A DNA stretch of 64,000 nucleotides from Antedon mediterranea. Taxonomy: Eukaryota > Animalia > Echinodermata. Below, piece by piece: positions 54,916 to 64,000 of this stretch. The notes under the pieces were generated by a model. That model had not been told where the DNA came from. It was given only the letters and a program-made list of their open reading frames with translations, and did not search any database. Position 1 is the stretch's first letter. The number at the start of each line of letters is the position of its first letter. The translations under genes and the position numbers were made by a program. The stretch spans positions 23,109,432 through 23,173,431 of the forward strand of contig NC_092679.1 of NCBI RefSeq assembly GCF_964355755.1. Direction: 5' to 3'.

Positions 54916-55060
54916 AAGTTATTTTGGAAATATTCTTTTTTTCAAACCAACAATTAGTAAACTAACCTTCTTGACATTTATGATATTTCTGAAGAAGCTG
55001 TCCGATCAGGACAGCGAAACTGTCAAGAAGGTTAGTTTACTATTATTTCCAAAATAACTT
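54916..55060. repeat. Nested perfect inverted repeats around the hammerhead
   Basis: 22-bp 54955-54976 / 55021-55042 and 17-bp 54916-54932 / 55044-55060. Confidence 0.9.
54986..55027 (+). ncRNA. Hammerhead ribozyme motif (PLE-type core)
   Basis: CTGAAGA-A-GCTGTCC(GATCA)GGACAGC-GAAAC-T-GTC: perfect 7-bp stem II and GUC triplet; stem I is weak. Confidence 0.65.
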
Positions 55061-57789
55061 CATTATTGGTTTTTCAAAATTGTGTAAAGGCACATCATGC
55101 ATTTTAGAAAGGCATGGTCATTTTTAAGATGTACAGAGACAGAAGTGTGGCAGTCTGGCAACTATCATTAAAATGTTACTCTTTTATGCTATAAAAAAAA
55201 AAAAAAAATGGTATTACAATTCTATGTTGCTTTTCTAAAAATTTGTCTAAATACAGCTACATGCAAGAAAATAAATTACAATTCATGTCACAACCTTTGA
55301 AAGGATGTTGTCGCTAGATTTAATCCATACCAAAGTGAAGGATTATTATTAGATTAAATCACATGTATTTATAACCATCAGTCACATGACGTTCAATCAC
55401 ATGACTTACCCCATTCACATTGATGGAGAAAGTGGTTTTCCTTCTAAACTAGTCGCCATTTTTACTTGCGACGTCAACAGGGGCAAAGACAGTTTTTAAG
55501 GCTATTAAAACTATAATGAAATACTTATTTGGTAGCTGAAATGCAATAAAATCTGAAATGGTTGGTTATATATTCAACAGCGCTGTATTATTAGTGCAAT
55601 GCTGCCAAACTAAGTGTTATTTAATGTTGTATAAAATTTCAAAATTACACATAAAAATATGTCCATAATCAAAATACTTCATAAAGAATTACAGCCTCAA
55701 ATGTTGATAGTCACAGAGAGACATTATCAATATTCCCATCGCATTAAAAAAAATCCAGGTCTAATCATAATGTAATCTTTCCATAATTCGTGCTCCTGTT
55801 GGAATTAAAGGCTAATTGAGACATTGAGTCATAGGGAAATCCCCATAGCAGACTAATGAATACCAGGCCTAAAGTACAGGCTTAAAGTACAGGCCTGCAC
55901 TGATTCACAATATGTTTTAAGATTGCAAGAACAATTTTCAATATATTATTGTTAAGTAAAAAAAAAACCATGCGCAATTCACTTCCAACTGTAAAAATGT
56001 CTTGGACCATATTATCAGAGTTTTTCCGATGTAAAACAAGTTTAACGGATTGAAGAATACTCTCTAACAGTCTATTAGCTGCAATTTGTGACTGGGGATA
56101 TAGAATTTAATAACATTATTTTACAATAATTTTTCTTTAAATCTATTCAGCCATTCACAAAGCATTATCAATTTAAATTGTTGCTTAAAGTAGCATGGGT
56201 TCCATATAATTCTCATACAACGCCTTGTTCATTTATCTATGAAAAGAGTATTTAAAAAAAAGTAAACAATGAAAGACCCCACTCATCCGTTACATTACTG
56301 TTATAACTTAAATAGATCAGGTATTAGGCTACGACCTCCAAGAGCAAATCTTTGTAGAACTAGAAAATCCTTCGTTGTAAATAGCATTCATATTTTTAAT
56401 TCTAATGTAAGACGTTAATGCAATTTTTAATTAGTTTTACATTTTTAACAGTATTTTTAACTTTTTATCTTGTATTTTTAATCTGTTATAATACTGCACG
56501 TTTTAAATTGTTGCAATATTGTTGTTTTAATCTACCAAGCAAAGTGAATTTCCATTTTTATGGACAAATAAAATTTCTTGAATCTTGAATCTTTTACATC
56601 TGAAAGGTAACAAAAGTCCTAAACAACTTTTATATCCGGCAAATTCTACTTCTGAAGTCTTGATATATCTAGACATACAGCCGTTTAAAAACTTGATGGG
56701 AGTTTTCTGAGAAGTTTTGTAAATTAATCCTAGGCCAGGGAACGTTACACACAATCGACCTCAAAGCGGTGATAGTCCAAAATCTAGCTTCAGTTTAAAG
56801 GGCAGCGAGTTAGAGATGAGCAAATATCGATGACAACCAATGAAATGATTCACAGTATACATCAGTTTAAAAAAAAACATTCTAATTAAAAATCAAACAT
56901 TTTAGGAAGATACAAGCGTTGTTTACAAAGTGCAGCTTAGTAAAAACATAACATTTCTGACATTTACGATGACAACTAAATTAAACATCCGACATATTAC
57001 TACTCAAAAAACAGAAGAGTTAAATTAAATGGATTCTAAATTAGAAGTTTTTGATGTGATGTCTAGTCATTTGACATAAATTTTAAATTTATATTATTCT
57101 TAATGTTGTATCATAACAAAATGAAAAGTAACCTTTATATATTTAAAAAAATTAAGATTGTTAGATTAAATTTACATTATTTATTTTGAAGCTTAGTCTG
57201 TCTAGACCTGTACTTTGACATTAATTATCCAAATAATTGAATATTAAAACTAAATTCAAATGTGTGTTTGTTATAAAATGTATGATTGATGATTATTTTA
57301 AAACTAAGGAAATAATAAATGTATCCTTCTTGTTTATTTTAGATAATTTATTCAGGAAATGAAGATGTGATACTATGCAAATTACTAATTAGAATATTAC
57401 ACTTTATTCAGTGCGTCATTACTGAATAAAGTTTTATTCAATATTAACAGACATTCAAGCAAAAAACAAAATAATACAGTTAGATCATTTTGTACAATAA
57501 TAAAATCTATGAAAATATGAAATTTGTGGCAGGGGATTCTGTAGGCCCATGTGTTAGGTGATAACACTTACTAGGGATTTATGTTGCCCTTGAAAATTGT
57601 ATCTTCTCCTGTAAGACTTGGACAATGCTTTCTCCTAGTGGCAAGCTGTCAGGGCATTCAAGATTACCAACTGTTGTTGTTTATTTTGTAAGTTTAATAT
57701 TATTCAATACTTTACTTCACTTAAATTTATTTAAATTTAAATAAAATAGTGTCTTTTATATTTCTATTTTTTTTAATTAATTGTCATCC

Positions 57790-57898
57790 TTGAATGTTTA
57801 TGTCTTGTATTGTATTTTTGTGAGGGCCTCTAATGATCAGCTTCGGCTGGATTGACCACCCTCGTAAACTAGATATTGTTGAAATAAAATAAATAAAA
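57790..57898 (+). mobile_element. LINE/SINE 3' terminus with stem-loop and A-rich tail
   Basis: GAGGG...CAGC-TTCG-GCTG...CCCTC nested hairpin after a T-rich tract, followed by AAATAAAATAAATAAAA. Confidence 0.5.
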
Positions 57899-58888
57899 CC
57901 TTTTACTACCCTTTTGCATTTAAAAGGTTCCCTCCCTCTTCTGACTAAATAGATCCATCCTTACGCAGCATCATTTTAATAGTTCTAATGTTAGCACTTT
58001 CACCAGTTCAAACTTTATTTTGTTAAACATGTGTAATATTCATATCCGCACATTAACCTAAATATTACTTAATAACGTACAGTACGTATGACACCAAATG
58101 TGGGTGGAACCATATGTTCTGCATTTGGAAAAATGCTTAAAATATAGAAAGTTGGGGCGGATTTTATGTCTAAATAAGTGATAGTAATTAGTGCTGATGT
58201 ATAGCATCTCTGGGGTAAAAACTTCCGCTTCTCATTAGCTAACTATAAGTGCATTTGCTTTATATCAAAAATATTATTACATGGGAGATACCTACATCGA
58301 ATTGAGTGCGCAAAAGGTGTATATACCTTTCTTCCTATTAAGTATTTCATCATGTTGGTGCACTATCAATTTCCCTTGTGTTATTGCAAAAAAATAAATA
58401 ACATGTGTCTGTTGAATCATACTTAAACACACCTGAGTGTAGGCTAATTGCCTTGATTTGTATCACCTTTCAGTATTAGCTCTACTAAACGGTAAGATAG
58501 ATAGTTTTACTACATTTTCAGCCTTTTGTAAATTTTGAAATTGTTACAAACAAACCTGCCTTTCAAAAACAAACCTGTACTGCACGCTGTTTATAACTAC
58601 TCCACAGTCAAAATATGAGTGCGATAGTTACATTTAGAGTCAGAGATGACTAACCAATGGGGAAATCCTCCAACACTAGGTATGACTCGACCCAAGGGAG
58701 AAATAGTAGGGAGAGACTGGAGCCAAGCCAGCACTGCCCATTGATGACTGGACACAAGGGACTGACTAGGACTGACAGAGAAATATATTAGTCTTCCTAG
58801 GTTACGCATAGGTTGCACACTTTTTAGGTAGGTAATCAACTATTTCAGATAGATCAATGAATGCATATCATGTCTAGTTCCAACAAAG

Positions 58889-59080
58889 CTAGGTTCACAT
58901 TCAGATCATGATCAACTTGCTCATGATGTGAAACTGCAGCAGTATTGACCACCATTGTCTTTAAAATGTTGTCCAAAGCTAATCAAAGACACTAGGTTCA
59001 CATTTAGATCATGATCAACTTGCACATGATGTTTTATGTGAACCTGCAGTAGCATGACCCCCATTGTCTTGTAAATGCTA
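58889..59080. repeat. Tandem duplication of a ~100 bp semi-palindromic unit
   Basis: CTAGGTTCACATT.AGATCATGATCAACTTGC.CATGATGT...ATGTGAA.CTGCAG.AG.AT.GACC.CCATTGTCTT twice. Confidence 0.8.
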
Positions 59081-59891
59081 TATTTTGTGTGATGATATTC
59101 AGAATTGATCATGAACAACTTGCTAATGATGTACTGTGAATTACATGTTCACAGTTTTCTTGTGAACATGTGCTTTACCACTTTCCCACATCATTTGCAA
59201 AGAAAATCATGATGAAAGTTCAATGTGAACAGTTTATTTGTTGATTTTGTGAGCCAATGTAATGTTGCTCTTTTTCCCTTTATAACATGTTATTTATATA
59301 ATTATATTTTATTAGTATTTTTTGCTTCCAAATAAAATAAACAAATGATTCATTTGTACTATATATTCTACAGATTGGAAAAGAAATATTTAAATTTATG
59401 ACCTTCATTTGCATAATAATTTGCATTTAATTGAAGTATCTTATCAATATTATATGATCAATTATCATTGGTCTTCTATTTGTCAACATTAATAAAAGTG
59501 TGGATATAAGGATCATGTGATCGAGATTTACTGAAATCAGTGAGTTATTTTTAACCATGAGGAAAACCACATCAACTGTGATTCATAAAACTCATGATCA
59601 ACTTAAAATATGATATTAATTATTGAGACCCCAACAGATGACAGAAGAGGAAAGATTCAGTTGTCAAATAAAAGTGATGAAAAATTACTCATACAACTTT
59701 TACTGAACACATTTTCAAAATCATCCACCATTTTGTATCTAATATAGCAGGCAAAATAGCATTCAAACTCTTTCCTTTTCCCCACTTTACAATTTACACA
59801 GAGTGGCAATGGTAAAAAATATAGAATCTATTTGATTTGTTATGACCATTTACATAAAACTAATATAACCTTTCATCTTTCACCTCTTGAA

Positions 59892-60873
59892 ATTATTTGT
59901 ACCATGGCACAAACATTCATTATTTGTACCATGGCACAAACATTCATTATTTGTACCATGGCACAAACATTCATTATTTGTACCATGGCACAAACATTCA
60001 TTATTTGTACCATGGCACAAACATTCATTATTTGTACCATGGCACAAACATTCATTATTTGTACCATGGCACAAACATTCATTATTTGTACCATGGCACA
60101 AACATTCATTATTTGTACCATGGCACAAACATTCATTATTTGTACCATGGCACAAACATTCATTATTTGTACCATGGCACAAACATTCATTATTTGTACC
60201 ATGGCACAAACATTCATTATTTGTACCATGGCACAAACATTCATTATTTGTACCATGGCACAAACATTCATTATTTGTACCATGGCACAAACATTCATTA
60301 TTTGTACCATGGCACAAACATTCATTATTTGTACCATGGCACAAACATTCATTATTTGTACCATGGCACAAACATTCATTATTTGTACCATGGCACAAAC
60401 ATTCATTATTTGTACCATGGCACAAACATTCATTATTTGTACCATGGCACAAACATTCATTATTTGTACCATGGCACAAACATTCATTATTTGTACCATG
60501 GCACAAACATTCATTATTTGTACCATGGCACAAACATTCATTATTTGTACCATGGCACAAACATTCATTATTTGTACCATGGCACAAACATTCATTATTT
60601 GTACCATGGCACAAACATTCATTATTTGTACCATGGCACAAACATTCATTATTTGTACCATGGCACAAACATTCATTATTTGTACCATGGCACAAACATT
60701 CATTATTTGTACCATGGCACAAACATTCATTATTTGTACCATGGCACAAACATTCATTATTTGTACCATGGCACAAACATTCATTATTTGTACCATGGCA
60801 CAAACATTCATTATTTGTACCATGGCACAAACATTCATTATTTGTACCATGGCACAAACATTCATTATTTGTA
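59892..60873. repeat. Perfect 27-bp minisatellite, 36 copies plus a 10-bp partial
   Basis: ATTATTTGTACCATGGCACAAACATTC x36 (59892-60863 = 972 bp); no variant unit seen. Confidence 0.98.
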
Positions 60874-63800
60874 TACTATTGCACGCACCAAAAAAGAGTG
60901 AAAAGGATGTCATTGAAAAAAAACAAATGAAATTTTCATCCTAGATTTTAGGAAAATATCAAGATTCTTTGTAATTATTCTGGTGTTGAATATCAGACCA
61001 TCAAAATTGAAATTGAAATGACAAGATTTTAAACGAACATGAATTTCAAACCAATTGTTAGCTCTTTGTGGGGTACTCACAAAATAAAATAGTGTTTACT
61101 ATTTATAACCTTATAAACAGGGCACCCAGTTTTATAATACAGACAAAATGATTTACAAAACAAAGTACAGTATCATGCCAAATAACCTACAGAAGGTGAA
61201 GAGGCCAACAAGCAAAGGACTTACAACATAAATGTGGCAGAATTAGCTTTAGCCTGATAAATCATTTCACTCGCACATAGAAAGTATGCTACAAAAATTT
61301 TTTTTTGCAGTTCAATTAAAATTCAATCAATTTAAGATTAACAAATGTGCACTTGACAACCTGTTGTAAATTTCAAAGTGTTTGTGAACCGCGGAAATGT
61401 AATTAAACTACTATTCACCTATAACGATCTAATTAATGTGACTCAAGCTGGCTGAGGCCTAGACGACGACATGAAGGAATAAAGTGTTGCCTATGTTTAC
61501 CCATTACCATCTTGTACAAACTTTTCAATAACACCTGGGGTATACAGGTTAATGGTACAGGGCAGGGTGAATTCCTTTTCCCCAGCTAAAAAAGTTGTGG
61601 AATAAATTGTAGAGAAAATTAAGATATGGACACTAATGCTTCACTCTTTCCCAGAATTTGGATATGGACACTAGTTTTACACGTAACAATTTGTACTGTG
61701 GTTAAGAAAATTCTTAAATGCGACTACAAACATTTAAAGACAGTACTTTTACACAAATGAGTTACATGTAGCTAGATGACTTGGTAAAATGGAATATATT
61801 CTACTTCTTCTTCTTTTAAAGAATTTTTGTGCTGTTTTGCACAGGTATATGTTTTTACAAAATAATGTTTTTAAATCAACAGAGACAGCAACAATTATTG
61901 GCAAATGATTGATATTTAAAAAAAGATAGTAACCTAAAAATAAAAGAAGGACAATATTATTCAGATAAAATAATCTTATTATTTATGCAAAAATTCAAAA
62001 ATAAAGATAAAAAGTAAAGTTGTTTTACCTAAAAAATCAAATCTGCTGGAAGTGTCAGTATCGACTACTGTACAAAGAGAGTTTTCCATCCAAGCTTGCT
62101 GTGGCCAACTGCAAGATATAACATATTAATAATTAGCATGGAAAATGATATTAAACAAATATGAAAGAATTTTCTATAAGTTTCTTTATCTTCAGTAATG
62201 TATAATAATAATTAGAACATAGCAATAAAATGAACACCTTGCTTCAAGGCTCTCCGTGGCTATGTTCTGGTGCTAGAAAAAGTCATGGATTAGGATCTGG
62301 TGGTTCAGTGCTCTTTTAAATAACCCACTCAGAAACATAGAGAATTACCCCAATTTATCTTAGCCCCTGCCCTGGCTCATCTCAGCTAGCCTTGGACAAA
62401 GAAGGACTTCAAATTGGTTATTGGTTTTACACAAAGGATCCTTTTAGGGAAGATGAAAGTTGGTGACGGTCTTTTTTGTACATATGTGCACGATTCAGCA
62501 TAGTCTAATAATTATCAGTATGTTTCAAATGGTCAAACATCATAGCAATCACACTACAATTTACGGCTAAATAAAGCTTTTTCTAAATTCTACTAAATCA
62601 TACATTTTTCTAATTTGTAACTCAGCAAATATAAAATTTATGCATGCTATTTTTTAGAAGGGAAAAACAGATTGTCATGAAAATGTTTTATTGTAATTTT
62701 AGACATTTCGGACATTAAATGATATATATAATATATATATAAAGTTCGTTACATTTTTTCAAAACTTTATGTGAATGCTATATATGAATCAATCATATAC
62801 AACAATATCCATTTATAGACAAGGTCAACAAGGGGTCACGCAGGCATTGAACATCAATCATACCAATAGCTCATGACTGATTGATATTGTTTTAAATTTA
62901 CTGTCCTGATTAAAATTCTTTGAACAAAACAGCCATTCTATCAACATGTATATAAATCATTATGGTAACTATAGCAAGGAAATGTGATTTATTTATATAG
63001 GATGTATCTTATTCTTGGTTACTAGATATATGTTTTGAACCATAATAACAGTATTGATCCTATAAATATTATTGAAGTTTATGCTAATAAATTGTAAACA
63101 AATATTATACAACAAGAGATATTTCTTTCTTTCAATAACTACTGTCTACACATGCCTCTCAATATTTATCAGCAACTGTTTTCATACACTCTCTTTTTTC
63201 TAGGCCTTTCAGTCTTCAACAGAGAAACAAAAATGTATGTAGTTTTTGTCAGTCAAAAGACAACAGGTCTTTACAAAATCTAAAATAAAAGTGTGTATAT
63301 ATTTTAAATATCAATGAAAAAACTACCAAATTAAAAAAAACCCTCTTTATACCGACGTTATGATGACTGACCCAGGTCTGGCTCAGGAGCCTTCTGGCGT
63401 AGGAAGATAATACTAGACAGAAATGAAAGAACTCTAGAAATATCACTATCTAGAAATTCTGCTGTTAATCTTGGCATGTTACACCCATACTAGAGGAAAT
63501 ACATGGATTTGCAAGACATTTTAATGGTATGATGATTTAGAGTTTTTCAGACGATTCCGTGTAAATCTTCGCGACAGGTGTGAACGAGCAAAGTTAGCTA
63601 TGTGTAATGACTTCCCGAAGAAAAAAGAAACTTGTCCAAGGAAGAAAAAAATGGCCAAGGAAGAAAATGAAAATATTACTACAAATAATGTACAAGTCAG
63701 AGTGCGTTAGTGGAGATGCGGCACACTCGAGGGTATTTACAATGTTGTTTCAGCTACATGATTGGCTACATCCTTAAACCCATGTTATAAAAAGTAATAT

Positions 63801-64000
63801 CAAAAAGAAACTTTAGTTGATGGTATGTAATTATTTCCGAAAGAAAAAGGAATATTTGTAATTATTTAAATTTATAAAACCTATTGCAGACAAAATCGTA
63901 AGATAATCTTTTCCAAGAAAAAGCAAAGAACTGAAGAAAGAACAATACTGTGAGAAAAAATTGGTTCCAGGAGCCTCTAAATACTTCTATTATTTTCTAT

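Noticed and set aside
55960-56420. Possible additional LINE ORF2 relic (also near 35640-35900)
   Set aside because: Only faint motif resemblance by eye; too degraded to support without alignment
59892-60873. CRISPR array (palindromic ~27-bp repeats)
   Set aside because: Units are head-to-tail with no unique spacers, there are no cas genes, and the context is eukaryotic
59832-60944. Five 325-370 aa ORFs as real repeat proteins
   Set aside because: A by-product of a 27-bp unit lacking stops; no synonymous variation between units, no unique N- or C-terminal domain, and most listed starts are non-ATG or internal to the repeat

Overview
AT-rich, repeat-littered eukaryotic (animal) DNA that reads as a very large intron or intergenic block. 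No intact protein-coding gene is evident. The long ORFs in the track come from a perfect 27-bp minisatellite (36 copies, 59892-60863), and most of the others are chance or low-complexity ORFs. The mix of Deu-domain SINEs, CR1/L2 LINE relics and many small TIR elements suggests an invertebrate, possibly a deuterostome (inference only). The most notable signals are: (1) several minimal hammerhead-ribozyme motifs of the Penelope-like-element/retrozyme type, including a divergent back-to-back pair at 12605-12743 and one nested in perfect inverted repeats at 54916-55060; (2) a 5S rRNA-headed SINE3-like element at 51534-51892; (3) a young 1.08-kb foldback DNA transposon with 90-bp TIRs and a 10-bp TSD at 21154-22237; (4) several MITE families; (5) an octamer (ATGCAAAT) array; and (6) strong enrichment of the palindrome TAGGCCTA. 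All calls were made by eye, with no database search.
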